Assembly (NCBI GenBank): GCA_046582655.1
Contig: JAYGDX010000063.1
Span: forward strand, 53,277-117,276
Source of the DNA: Candidatus Poribacteria bacterium
GTDB taxonomy: Bacteria; Poribacteria; WGA-4E; UBA9662
Length of the DNA: 64,000 nt
Direction of reading: 5' to 3'
Position numbers and translations under genes: made by a program
Shown here: piece by piece, positions 30,949 to 41,359 of the stretch
How the letters are laid out: each line of letters begins with the position of its first letter
Numbering within the stretch: the stretch's first letter is position 1
Notes under the pieces: model-generated
The model's database searches: none
Told to the model about the DNA's origin: nothing
The model's input: only the letters and a program-made list of their open reading frames with translations

Positions 30949-33039
30949 TCAGTTCTTTGAATCGGCGTTCAGTTCTTGAACCAACTGATCAATTTTTCGG
31001 AATTGCCATGTCCAACGTACATTGTATAGAAACTGACGTAGATCAAAGCGGTTGTCATCTGGCGAGTATGACTCAGCATGATATGCGGGTGTCAGTGTTG
31101 TCATTTTGTGACGATTAACGGAATAGTAGAAAAAGAAGCGTTTCACTTTCTCAGCTACTTCGGATGGAGCTAAGTGGTTCCATTCGTAGACCAGCTTTTC
31201 AAACATACTGACCGGACCACATCGATAAATTTTACGCAGGATTCCAAAGCGACTAAGTTCCTCATAGGTCATTTTCATGTCAGCTTCGTCCTCCTGAGTA
31301 TAATCCTCAGTAATGGGTTCAAGTTCAGCAGTAGGCAGGGCGGAAACCACGTCGATTAGGGCAGTATAACCCAGATGATCTGCTGCCCAGTCTAGGAAAC
31401 GCCGAAGATCCATTTTACTGATTCCACCAATCGGATTAACATCCGCACTGCTACAATCATACTTGGTAACATAACCACGCAGGCTTTCATCAACATTAGC
31501 ACTACTAAGCACCAACAAACCACCTTTCCCTCCACGCACCCATAACAAGAGTTGAGAGAGAAAATATGATAGAACCATTCTTATCCTTGCTTGAATATTT
31601 TGAAGGGCCACATTCTCTGCATCAGTGCCTCCCTCAATTCGAAATTTCGGTGTTTTGTCAGTTAATTTGATAAAAGTAGAGACTAACGCTGACACCACTG
31701 AATCAATGTTAACATCCAGATGGTATGATCCTACCTGATCGGCGATGGCTTTAGCCCGATTCCGAGTGGCTTTTGAGCTGTTTTGTGACTCCATATAGCA
31801 GGTGTGGAAAATGCGGTTAGCAAACTCCCGCGGATCCGTTGGCAGATAATTATCGTCTTCTCCTGTGATACGACGTGCATCAGCAATTACCTGTTGGTTA
31901 CCAGACACTACAGCATTAGCTACCATCTGGCACATTGATCCCACAATAGCCGCAGTAGACGAACTGTCAGCCCCCCCTGACACAGGCAGGAAAAATCCGC
32001 TAGAACCAGATCTGCGTAGATAATCCCATAGCCAGCATGCGGGGCCGTAAGCAATTTCCTCTTCCGGAGTGTGATAGGACACAACATCCGAGTTGGATGG
32101 AGGGATACGCCGATCTGTCGTCAGCTCAAAATCCACCATAATACGGGGAATTGGGGTTGCTTGACTTGCTTGGACACTTCGACTGCCGATTGCCCCTCGA
32201 TATGATCTGACTTCCTCCAGATCAATCGTTGCTGTCACCACTTCCACATCCTCAATTGAAAACTGGGCCCCCCTTGTTACAATTTCTCCATTGATTGCAA
32301 TGAGCGCACATCCATCGAAATACAGCCGGCCACCATCACAGCCTTGTTGATTTGCATAGAGATATATACCACCACTTTTTGCCGTTGCGCTTCGGATAAG
32401 ATCTATCCTCTGATTGAGTTTACGGAGTTGGTGATGCGAAGCAGACCCATTAGCGATAATCTCAATCCCATCTAAACTAAGATGAATATGCGGACTGTTT
32501 GGCGTGAAAAGTTCTTCGCATGTCTCAGTGGCAATAACGGTATCACGTGTAGAAATCGCAGCTAGACCAATTGGCACAGTCCGTTGATTGGTGATTTCAC
32601 AAATCATACGGGGGAGATGGTAATCTTCAATCGATCTTGTATGGTGCCAAGCGGTGAACCAACGGGGTTCACGATAGTTTCCATCATTGGCGAGAAAAAG
32701 CTTGGGACGAATTAATAGAATTTTTCGATCGAGCACGAAAATGCGGCAGTTATAGCGCACATTTTTATGCATTATTGGCATACCTATATCACACAGGATA
32801 CCTTCAGTTAAATCATCACCAATAATTTCAGCGAAACTCTCCCATGCGTGTAGAAATGTGTCCTCCTCAAGAAAAGCATCCTCACAACCGTAGCCGGTGA
32901 TCTCAAGCTCAGGTCCAAGCCGGTAACATGCATCCCTATTCTTAGCTTCTTCAATCGATGCAAGAATCCGTTCAAGATTACCTTCAAAATCCAAGGCCCA
33001 CTGATTGAGATTGCAAGTTGCAAGAGTTGTTAGTTTCAT
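30949..33039 (-). CDS. nadE: Glutamine-dependent NAD+ synthetase (nitrilase + synthetase fusion), eukaryote (Qns1/NADSYN1)-type
   Basis: [14 protein letters not shown] and CEE glutaminase triad; SGGADS P-loop; [15 protein letters not shown]. Confidence 0.95.
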   Translation of the reverse strand: MKLTTLATCNLNQWALDFEGNLERILASIEEAKNRDACYRLGPELEITGYGCEDAFLEEDTFLHAWESFAEIIGDDLTEGILCDIGMPIMHKNVRYNCRIFVLDRKILLIRPKLFLANDGNYREPRWFTAWHHTRSIEDYHLPRMICEITNQRTVPIGLAAISTRDTVIATETCEELFTPNSPHIHLSLDGIEIIANGSASHHQLRKLNQRIDLIRSATAKSGGIYLYANQQGCDGGRLYFDGCALIAINGEIVTRGAQFSIEDVEVVTATIDLEEVRSYRGAIGSRSVQASQATPIPRIMVDFELTTDRRIPPSNSDVVSYHTPEEEIAYGPACWLWDYLRRSGSSGFFLPVSGGADSSSTAAIVGSMCQMVANAVVSGNQQVIADARRITGEDDNYLPTDPREFANRIFHTCYMESQNSSKATRNRAKAIADQVGSYHLDVNIDSVVSALVSTFIKLTDKTPKFRIEGGTDAENVALQNIQARIRMVLSYFLSQLLLWVRGGKGGLLVLSSANVDESLRGYVTKYDCSSADVNPIGGISKMDLRRFLDWAADHLGYTALIDVVSALPTAELEPITEDYTQEDEADMKMTYEELSRFGILRKIYRCGPVSMFEKLVYEWNHLAPSEVAEKVKRFFFYYSVNRHKMTTLTPAYHAESYSPDDNRFDLRQFLYNVRWTWQFRKIDQLVQELNADSKN

Positions 33040-33047
33040 TATCTTAT

Positions 33048-33078
33048 AAAAAAAGCAGGGAAAAATTTTCCCTGCTTT
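33048..33078 (-). terminator. Intrinsic terminator between the TPR lipoprotein gene and nadE
   Basis: Minus strand GCAGGGAAAA-T-TTTTCCCTGC followed by T7. Confidence 0.75.
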
Positions 33079-33102
33079 AAGAAACCAGTTTACACAAACC
33101 TC

Positions 33103-34602
33103 TTATGCTTGAGGTTCATTTTCCTTCTTACTATCCGGATTATCATCTGGATCTCGATCTGATGTTCCAGCTTCTTGTTCCCGATAGAACATGAAACCAT
33201 CCTCATCTTGATCTTGTTCCAGTTGTCGTACTATTTGATCTGCCTCGCGATAGTATCTTAGTTTTTCAATACCACCACTTCCAGCCAGACTCTTATATGC
33301 CTTAAAACCTTCGTAGGCCAGCTCAAACTCTCGAATACTACGATAGCAAACTGCTTGCTGATAAACAGATTCGTCGCGCCATATCGATTGCGGAGCTCTT
33401 TCAAACAGAGTCTCATATCCCATAATAGCATTCTCAAGTTGCCCATCCAGCTGATACAAACGACCAATTTGGTACAATGCATCTGCAGCAGCGAATGCGT
33501 TACCCCGTAAATTATAAGCAAGCTCATTATAGCAAAAAACCGCATTTGGGAAATTTTCCATTTTTAGCCAACCTCCAGCAATATTCTGGTAGTTCTGAAC
33601 AATTCTATCACGGAACCCCATCTGGTAGAGCTTATCCGGTGTTACGTAACGCCCCATTCTCCTCATAGCCATGGCTTTTTTATTGGTGTATTTGTTGATA
33701 TCATCTTGATCCTGCTTAATGGCCGTCAACGTATATGCAGACTTTTTAAGCAAAGTTTCAGCTTGTTTAGATTCAAACGAATCTTCGTAATTTTGTGCCA
33801 CTTTTATAAACGCGCCCCAGCCGCCTTTATTCGAATAATCGTAAAGCTTATAAAAGTAGACATTACCAACCTTAAATTGCGAACGGGGAGCGAGATCATG
33901 ATCTGGAAACTCAGCAACCAATTTTTCATAAGAGCCTATTGCTTCGAGATAATTCCCAAGCGTCATGTAGGATTCACCAATATCGTACAAGGCTTGCGCA
34001 GCAAAATCTTGGGTCTGCTTTGCCCGTTCATCGTCCCCTTTAAGCTGGTTGCGATAGAGTCTAAGCTGATCTTGAATGGTCCTCCTGCTCTTTCGAATAT
34101 CGGAGATACTACCTTTCGAACGACTACCAAGATAACCTGTCGGCGCCAAATCAATAGCCGTTTGATAATGTTCTACCGCTAGATCCCACAACTCGTTTGA
34201 TGTCCTAGCTGGAAACTTATCAAGGCCTTTTTTACCAGCGGAATCAGAGAGTATTAGCTTTACCTCATGATACGGACTTTTGTAAATCTCCGCTATCCGA
34301 AAATGTGCTCTCTGATTATATTTGCCACTCGCGCTGCACTCGATATAAAGCGCTATTGCTTTATCGTAAAGGGTACGCTTATCAGTAAGAAGCTCCCTCC
34401 TTTTTTCAGGTTCAAGATCCCTACTGACAGAGATCATCCTTGCCAATTCCACTTTACGATCCGCGTTTTGTATTTTTACACTCATGGGCACAACTGATAT
34501 GCCACCCGCACATCCAACCAACATGACTGCAATAGAAACCAAGAAAATGTTAAGCATACCGTCGATTAAAAGCTTCTTTGCCACAATACGGTCCTCCCTC
34601 AT
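33103..34602 (-). CDS. TPR-repeat lipoprotein (BamD/CpoB-like repeats) with acidic TSP3-like tail
   Basis: Lipobox LVGC; ALY.IG..Y...G.Y..A...Y..L....P repeats; C-terminal DQDEDG...E..AGT.D.DP. Confidence 0.8.
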   Translation of the reverse strand: MREDRIVAKKLLIDGMLNIFLVSIAVMLVGCAGGISVVPMSVKIQNADRKVELARMISVSRDLEPEKRRELLTDKRTLYDKAIALYIECSASGKYNQRAHFRIAEIYKSPYHEVKLILSDSAGKKGLDKFPARTSNELWDLAVEHYQTAIDLAPTGYLGSRSKGSISDIRKSRRTIQDQLRLYRNQLKGDDERAKQTQDFAAQALYDIGESYMTLGNYLEAIGSYEKLVAEFPDHDLAPRSQFKVGNVYFYKLYDYSNKGGWGAFIKVAQNYEDSFESKQAETLLKKSAYTLTAIKQDQDDINKYTNKKAMAMRRMGRYVTPDKLYQMGFRDRIVQNYQNIAGGWLKMENFPNAVFCYNELAYNLRGNAFAAADALYQIGRLYQLDGQLENAIMGYETLFERAPQSIWRDESVYQQAVCYRSIREFELAYEGFKAYKSLAGSGGIEKLRYYREADQIVRQLEQDQDEDGFMFYREQEAGTSDRDPDDNPDSKKENEPQA

Positions 34603-34657
34603 TTGTATATTCGCATATTATATCGTATTACATCAAAATCGCAAGAAAAATCCATAC

Positions 34658-35542
34658 TTATTTTAAAACCCGTTCGAAGTTAACGTAAATTTCTCCTGAT
34701 TGATCAACCTGAGTTTGATTTTTAGATAATGGTGCAAACATAAATTTTGAAATATACTCAATAGCGATCTGCTTCAATACTCCTGTCCTATTCTCGATGA
34801 CTCGGACCTGAAAAACAGAGCCATCAGGCTGAACACCAAAACTAAGCTTAACAAAACCTCCTTGCAATTCTTTTTTTATCTCCGGATCCCGCGGTTTATA
34901 AATAATCGTACGACCTTCTACTTGCCCACTGATCCGAAAACCTCGTCCACTCGATACACGGCTTTTTCTAGAGGTAATGTTACCACCAGTAGCCAGTTTT
35001 CCTGAGATTTTTCGACCACCACTCCCATTCCTACTCTCCCTGACACTTGAATCTGATTCACCAAAACGATTCAATGACGCCTGATAGGCACCTACTTCCA
35101 TTACCGATCGAGATCGAACAGGCGCATCTACATTGATTTTGGACACGCCCTGTTTGTACCCCGATGATGCTGTCACATCAAGAGAAGTCCTATCCAAGTT
35201 CGATTGAAACAGCTGGCTTTTTTGTGGAAGATCAGGTAACCCAACTGAAACATCTGAACTGGTGAGATAACTCTGAACATCCTGAGAAGAACGAAGTGTT
35301 GGCAACTCAAGCGGTGTTTTAAATTCCTGCGATATGGGATTCACAACAGGCAATTCCACAACTTCCTTTTTCTTATCCTTTTTTTGAGCAACGAGAATTT
35401 CTACGTTGATAGGTGCACTGTCTACTTTCAGTGGTGGTTCCTGGTAAATGATAATCGCGAAAATCACTATAAAAACAACGTGTTCAACAACGGCAAGCGC
35501 AAAAAATTTATTTAAGCCATCTTGTTTCCTATATTCAATCAT
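34658..35542 (-). CDS. TonB-family energy transducer
   Basis: N-terminal TM helix with His, long linker, C-terminal G.V.L.F.V.PDG.V..V.V TonB_C fold. Confidence 0.8.
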   Translation of the reverse strand: MIEYRKQDGLNKFFALAVVEHVVFIVIFAIIIYQEPPLKVDSAPINVEILVAQKKDKKKEVVELPVVNPISQEFKTPLELPTLRSSQDVQSYLTSSDVSVGLPDLPQKSQLFQSNLDRTSLDVTASSGYKQGVSKINVDAPVRSRSVMEVGAYQASLNRFGESDSSVRESRNGSGGRKISGKLATGGNITSRKSRVSSGRGFRISGQVEGRTIIYKPRDPEIKKELQGGFVKLSFGVQPDGSVFQVRVIENRTGVLKQIAIEYISKFMFAPLSKNQTQVDQSGEIYVNFERVLK

Positions 35543-36255
35543 GACGAATCAATCTCACCAGATTCTTTTATAGTCCAATCATGAATGTTTTCTAACTCAT
35601 CATCAAACATACCCCTTTCCTCAGCCGATAAAAAACGGGTAAGAGACATGGCATGTCTCTCAAGTTCAACCATGAAAGCCCGCACTTGATTAGTAAAATA
35701 ATGATAGGCGATATAAGTTGGCAAAGCCACAATTAGCCCTGCAGCTGTTGTCAATAGTGCTTCGGAGATCCCATTTGCGATTTCAGGTAGTTTGCCAATC
35801 TGGCTATCATCTCTCCACAACGCATTGAATGATGCTGTCATGCCAACAACCGTACCGAGAAGCCCAGTATACATTGAAACTAATGCCAGCATACCAAGAG
35901 TACTAAGATACTTATACAATACCGGCTTTTCACTGTTGATAGCTACCTTCAAGACAATCTTCAACACCTCTTCACTCCTATCATGATTTTGAATGCCAGT
36001 TTTAAAAATGTTGGTCAATGGACTAGGACGTTTATCGCAGATACTAATTGCTGCCTCCGGATTCCCCTGCAGCAGTTCATCGTAGATACTACGTGTGATA
36101 AGATGTGACGGGATAATCTGGTTACGACGTAACCGAAATATCCTTTCCAAAATTATAGTGTGTGACCAAATAGAATAAATAATAAGCGGGATTAAAATAA
36201 CCCCCCCTTTACTCAATTGGTCAACCCCCGTTCCAATCACCTCAAGTATTTTCAA
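35539..36255 (-). CDS. MotA/TolQ/ExbB proton-channel protein
   Basis: GLLGTVVGM..SF and GISEALLTTAAGLIVALP. Confidence 0.92.
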   Translation of the reverse strand: MKILEVIGTGVDQLSKGGVILIPLIIYSIWSHTIILERIFRLRRNQIIPSHLITRSIYDELLQGNPEAAISICDKRPSPLTNIFKTGIQNHDRSEEVLKIVLKVAINSEKPVLYKYLSTLGMLALVSMYTGLLGTVVGMTASFNALWRDDSQIGKLPEIANGISEALLTTAAGLIVALPTYIAYHYFTNQVRAFMVELERHAMSLTRFLSAEERGMFDDELENIHDWTIKESGEIDSS

Positions 36256-37991
36256 AATTCTAACTCCAATCCAAAATCAAAAGCATTCGGCGTAAACAGG
36301 TAATCAGTTAACTGCATGTATTCCCCAACAACAAATGCCCCACCAATGAAACCGCTCATATGATTTCCAACTTGCTTGGCAAGTTTTGGTTTGATTAAAA
36401 CATAATCTTCTAGGTTCAGGTCTTCAGTCTCCGCTTCAGTGGATCTACCGCCACGAAACTCACCAATCAACTCTGCTTTAAAACCTAAGGGCAGATCATA
36501 AACCAGATCTAGATCAATCCAATTTGTTGATCGATATGGTATACTCTGATGAAGTTCGTGTTTGAGCTTGAGATTGAGTCTAAGCTGATTGAGAAGGTTC
36601 ACTTGCACCAGAAGCTGACCGCCAGAGATTAGTTTCTTTTGATCAAAGTTGTATGGTATCCATGCGATATCTGACGTCTCTGCTAACGCTTTTGAATCTC
36701 TTTTTAGAACAACAAGATCTTCTATTAGCTTTGAGAATCCAGAGAAACTAACCTCAAACTTTTTGGCATGATACCTTTTCAGCGTCATCTGGCCACACCA
36801 AATTTTCTCGGATTGCAATGCAGGAAACACATTGACATAATCCTGATTAAAATAGAGATTGGAGAGTTGAGGAACTTCTATCGTTCCATATAGCTCAACT
36901 TGCAGTTTCCACCGACTATTTAAATTCATTATTGTCTTCAAAGAAGGATTTAATCGAAACTTCGTAAGCTCCTCACTTACCTCGCTAGGAAGATCTCCGT
37001 TCACCTCACTACCACTTTCCAAAAAACTCACAAACTCACTACCCAAGAAAAAAACTATTGGGCCGATGGTGCTGTATTGATCACGCGCATACAAACGAAA
37101 AATGGTAGAGCGTGTGTTTTTTAGAGCATCGTAAGTTGCTGAGGAACGATATTCAAGACCTCCACCAAAATGCATGGGGTTGAGAATATGTCTAAGGTGA
37201 TTAGGTGGGAAATCTGTAAAAACATCCAAGTTAATTCTTACATCTGTTCCACCATCAATTTGGTTATTAGAATCCAGTTCATAAGATTCAAATTTGGCAT
37301 TTAAATTTGCCCTTGTTTTTTCTGTAATTTGTTGGTCCAGGTTAACATCAGTCCACATCAACTTAGGAGTTTTAGAATTCAGTTTAAATCCCAGTGGGGA
37401 CTGAGATGTTTTCCAATTCAGTTCTTTAAGGTTCATTCCGAGATTAAGTTTTAAAGAAGAATGCGCGGCATATCGGTAGCCAAGTCCACCATGAAATAGA
37501 TCAAGATTATAATTTCCACGATCGTCTGTTCTTTCCTTCCCAATCTGATTTCGCGTGAGGCTGACAAAACCATTGGTTTGATTCGTTTGTCCAGCCAATA
37601 TCACTTTGTAAAAAAACGACTCCGGCAAACTCGGATAGGCGATCATACTGAAATGATGACCTTTTAAAGGGTGGCCATCTAAATGGACTAATTTGTTAGG
37701 GACAATGTTGGGCGGGAGGTTCCAGAGCCTTTCTTTCGCATATAAAGCCAGCGAGTGAATCAACTTTGGCTTTGATGGATCATTAAATCGTTCCCTTGGC
37801 TCAAGTGCGATCTGCGTTGTATCGACGATCTGGATCTTTTCCTCTTCAAGCTTGATTTCCGCCGATTCTTCCACAACTTGTGGTACTTCTGCATACAAAG
37901 TAAAAAACGGGGACAAAACAAGGGCGAAAAGTATTGGTCTGAAAACACAAAATTGATGATAAAGACTTAATAGAAGTCGGAAAATTTCCAC
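36252..37991 (-). CDS. Putative outer-membrane beta-barrel (TonB-dependent-receptor-like, no obvious plug)
   Basis: Signal peptide, amphipathic strands, P.L.SE motif, C-terminal FDFGLELEF beta-signal. Confidence 0.65.
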   Translation of the reverse strand: MEIFRLLLSLYHQFCVFRPILFALVLSPFFTLYAEVPQVVEESAEIKLEEEKIQIVDTTQIALEPRERFNDPSKPKLIHSLALYAKERLWNLPPNIVPNKLVHLDGHPLKGHHFSMIAYPSLPESFFYKVILAGQTNQTNGFVSLTRNQIGKERTDDRGNYNLDLFHGGLGYRYAAHSSLKLNLGMNLKELNWKTSQSPLGFKLNSKTPKLMWTDVNLDQQITEKTRANLNAKFESYELDSNNQIDGGTDVRINLDVFTDFPPNHLRHILNPMHFGGGLEYRSSATYDALKNTRSTIFRLYARDQYSTIGPIVFFLGSEFVSFLESGSEVNGDLPSEVSEELTKFRLNPSLKTIMNLNSRWKLQVELYGTIEVPQLSNLYFNQDYVNVFPALQSEKIWCGQMTLKRYHAKKFEVSFSGFSKLIEDLVVLKRDSKALAETSDIAWIPYNFDQKKLISGGQLLVQVNLLNQLRLNLKLKHELHQSIPYRSTNWIDLDLVYDLPLGFKAELIGEFRGGRSTEAETEDLNLEDYVLIKPKLAKQVGNHMSGFIGGAFVVGEYMQLTDYLFTPNAFDFGLELEF

Positions 37992-38000
37992 TGATTGGGG

Positions 38001-41000
38001 TTATTGTTGCTCGATCTGACTCAAAATCTGCTTATACTTATTTTGAGCGTATTCATGGAGTTGATCCCACTCTTCTCTTTTCTGGGCATCGGCCGTCGAA
38101 ATTTTAGCCTCAAATAAGCTGAGTGCGTCTTCACAGGTATCCTTTGCCATATAAATCTCGTCGGCTTTAATAAAAGCATCTGCCGCACGTACAGCCGCGT
38201 GGAAGGCAGTAAGGCTATCATGCTGTTCACGGAGATGACGCACACGCAGATAAGTCACACCTGAATCGTAATGTCGCCCGAGAATCGCCTGAGTCTCAGC
38301 AAGATGGAGTTCAGCATCAACAACTATCTCTATACGATAACGATCTGTCCCTTTTTTACGGATGACATCGTAAGCTTCAATCGCTTGAAGAAAATTCTTC
38401 TGCGCTTTATAAGAATGACCCAATGAAATTTGTGCATATTCTGCTTGATCCGATTGGGGGTAATATGATAGAACTCGATTGTAAAGATCTATTGCTTTTT
38501 GCCATTGAATCATTTCCTGATAGCATTCGCCTGCAAGTAGAAGAGCTCTGGCAACGAAAGGACTTTTCGGGTGTTTTTGAGGAATATCAGTTAATATGTT
38601 GATGGCGTTGGTAAGATTACGACGTGAGTTTCTTTTGCTGTACCAAGCATTTCCGATTTCGAACATTGCGCTGGCAGAAAATTCACTTTTCGGATCAACT
38701 TGACTGAATGCTTCAATTGATTGCTTATACGATCCGAGCATAAGATAAGATTTACCAATATTATATTTAGCCAACCACGCAGACGGGGTGTTTGGGTATT
38801 GTTTGATAACTTTTTGAAATTCCGAGATTGCTCGTTTGTAATCTTTATCGGCATAGTAAAACCGACCAATTTGAAGTTGCACATCCGGAGCGAGACTGCT
38901 GGATCGATAATTTTTGATCAGTATCCGGTAAGCCTGTAGCGATTTTTCCTTCTGTCCTAAGTTTTCATGTGCAGTAGCGACACTGTATTGTGCATCGTCT
39001 GCCCAGTTGCTTTTGGGATAGTGCTGGATGACTTTTTCAAATGCTTTGATGGCTTCACTATAATTCTTGAGATTCATAAAGCTTTCGGCGATATAGTATT
39101 GAGCTTCTGGACGAAGGTTAACCGCTTTCTCCGCTCCAGCTTCACGTGCTGGTACTTTTAGGTTTGGATAGTTTTCGACAACTTTGTTGTATTCGGTAAT
39201 TGCGTTTGTATATCGTCCCTGTTTGAAATAACAATTTGCTACGCCGAAAATCGCATTAGGTTGAAGTCGAGATGAAGGAAATTTCCTGATCACCTCTGAA
39301 AAAGCATCGATAGCATCCGAATATTTTTCCAGCTTGTAAAAAGACCATCCAATTTGGTATTGGGAATTATCTTGCCAGCTACTGCTGGCATATGAACCTA
39401 TGACACGCGTAAACGATTGAATTGCCTCCGAATATTTTTTGAGATTACACTGGGAAACACCAATCTGGTATAATGCTTGATCTGCCAACCCACTCTCAGG
39501 GTACTTCTGGATCATCGTTTTCCAAGTAGCGATAGCCCGGTTATAATACTTTTGACGCTCTTTATCGCTAGAGACTGCTGCTTCCGAAAAATAAGTCCAA
39601 CCTATACTAAATTGCGATTTCTCAGCCCACTCGCTATGAGGTTCTTCCTTAATCAGTTCCTGATATTTTTGACGTGCAGACCGATAGGACTCTTTGGTTG
39701 GACTTTGCCAATACGTACTTTCAGCAATAAAATAATTGGATTGGAGCAAGTGTTTGCTTTGTGGGTACTTTTGTATTAAAAGATTGCATGCTTTGATGGT
39801 TCCAGCATAGTCCTCTACTTCATACAGCGCTCGTGCTTTCCAAAAAAGAGCTTCATCAGCTGGGGCAGTTTCAAGATTTCGATCCTGAACACTAGCAAAG
39901 TAAAGACCAAAGGTTTGGGAACTTTCCAGGTATAATTCCGAATTAAAATAAGCCAAACCAAGATGATAAAGTGCATAGGGTCTAAGATCTGTCTCAGGAT
40001 AAATCTCAATGAGTTTATTGAGTTCACCGATTACTCCCTGATAGTCACGCAATTGGAAGTAGCAGATTCCAATTTGGTAGGAGGCATCATCGGCATAGGG
40101 AGATGGAAAGCCCAATATCTTCTTATAGTTAAGTATGGCTGTGTTAAACTCTCGAAGCATTCGAAAGCATTCCCCCATCCGAAATCGTGCGGCATGTGAC
40201 AATCCAGATTGTAAATTGACTGCCACTGTTTTAAATGTACTGAGTGCCTTAGCATACGCACCTTGTTCAAAGTGAACCATACCAATTCCGTACCGGGCAT
40301 TGTCAGATACAGAACTATCTGGGTATAGGTCTATTACTTTCTGATATTCATAAATAGCTTCAGTCGCTTTCTTCTCTTCAGCCAAAATCTCAGCAATCCA
40401 ATATTGAGCTTCAGCTAAAATGAGAGAACCTATTCCTTCATTGAGAAGCAGGCTAAATTCTTGTCTTGCTTCAGCCATCATCCGCTGCTGAAAATAACAT
40501 TCGCCAAGTCTAAATCGTGCGTCGGTAATCATCTGCCCCCGCTTGGGATCAGCCATATAAGTTTGGATAAAATCACCAAACTCGATTTGTGCGTTGGCCC
40601 ATTCACCCATTTTGAAAAGTGATTCAGCTGCACGGTAGCCCGCCTCGGGAGCAGTATAATGATTCGGATATTTTCGACTAAAACCAGAAAGGAGTTCATA
40701 AGCTGACCGGAAGTTTTTAAGTCGGTAGAATGTCCAGCCTTTGGAATAAAGTGCATCTGCCATCTCCTTTGATTGCGAATATTCGGAGATCACCTGGTCA
40801 TAGTATTCACCCGCTTTTTGGTACAGCCCCAGGTTATCAAATGACTCACCGATCAAATAGAGGCTATGAGAAATAACTTCCGGTTCAACTGCGACTTCCA
40901 GTACTTCTTCGTAACCTTTGATTGCCTCTTCGTATTTTCCTTGCCTATACCACGAAATAGCTACTCCTTGCAGTGCATCTAAATGAAGGGAGGTTCCCGG

Positions 41001-41303
41001 ATAATCAATCAAAAGTTGCTTATAATTTTGGATTGCTTCATCAAAATTCTTTAGCTGTAAGGCACATTCAGCTATCAAGAGTCTTGCGTCGTCTGCGTTG
41101 TCGCTACGGGGATACCTTCTAATAAACTGATCGAATTGATCCTGTGCAACTGAATAAGCCTTATTGTTATAAAGCTTATAAGCGAAAGTATAGTCTTCTT
41201 GCTCTCCACCAGTTGCGTATCGACAAATGCCTAAAAAAAGCACAAAAGCGACGATCTGTCGGAGCAAAAAACCCAACCTCATAAACACCTCAAAAACTGT
41301 CAT
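38001..41303 (-). CDS. Large secreted TPR-repeat protein
   Basis: About two dozen A.Y.IG..YF....Y..A...F..VI..YP.S repeats; the start may be ATG 41282 (GAGGTG SD). Confidence 0.88.
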   Translation of the reverse strand: MTVFEVFMRLGFLLRQIVAFVLFLGICRYATGGEQEDYTFAYKLYNNKAYSVAQDQFDQFIRRYPRSDNADDARLLIAECALQLKNFDEAIQNYKQLLIDYPGTSLHLDALQGVAISWYRQGKYEEAIKGYEEVLEVAVEPEVISHSLYLIGESFDNLGLYQKAGEYYDQVISEYSQSKEMADALYSKGWTFYRLKNFRSAYELLSGFSRKYPNHYTAPEAGYRAAESLFKMGEWANAQIEFGDFIQTYMADPKRGQMITDARFRLGECYFQQRMMAEARQEFSLLLNEGIGSLILAEAQYWIAEILAEEKKATEAIYEYQKVIDLYPDSSVSDNARYGIGMVHFEQGAYAKALSTFKTVAVNLQSGLSHAARFRMGECFRMLREFNTAILNYKKILGFPSPYADDASYQIGICYFQLRDYQGVIGELNKLIEIYPETDLRPYALYHLGLAYFNSELYLESSQTFGLYFASVQDRNLETAPADEALFWKARALYEVEDYAGTIKACNLLIQKYPQSKHLLQSNYFIAESTYWQSPTKESYRSARQKYQELIKEEPHSEWAEKSQFSIGWTYFSEAAVSSDKERQKYYNRAIATWKTMIQKYPESGLADQALYQIGVSQCNLKKYSEAIQSFTRVIGSYASSSWQDNSQYQIGWSFYKLEKYSDAIDAFSEVIRKFPSSRLQPNAIFGVANCYFKQGRYTNAITEYNKVVENYPNLKVPAREAGAEKAVNLRPEAQYYIAESFMNLKNYSEAIKAFEKVIQHYPKSNWADDAQYSVATAHENLGQKEKSLQAYRILIKNYRSSSLAPDVQLQIGRFYYADKDYKRAISEFQKVIKQYPNTPSAWLAKYNIGKSYLMLGSYKQSIEAFSQVDPKSEFSASAMFEIGNAWYSKRNSRRNLTNAINILTDIPQKHPKSPFVARALLLAGECYQEMIQWQKAIDLYNRVLSYYPQSDQAEYAQISLGHSYKAQKNFLQAIEAYDVIRKKGTDRYRIEIVVDAELHLAETQAILGRHYDSGVTYLRVRHLREQHDSLTAFHAAVRAADAFIKADEIYMAKDTCEDALSLFEAKISTADAQKREEWDQLHEYAQNKYKQILSQIEQQ

Positions 41304-41359
41304 AGTATGGATTGTGGTTATTATACCATTGAGAAAAAATGCTTTTCAAGTTCCATGTT

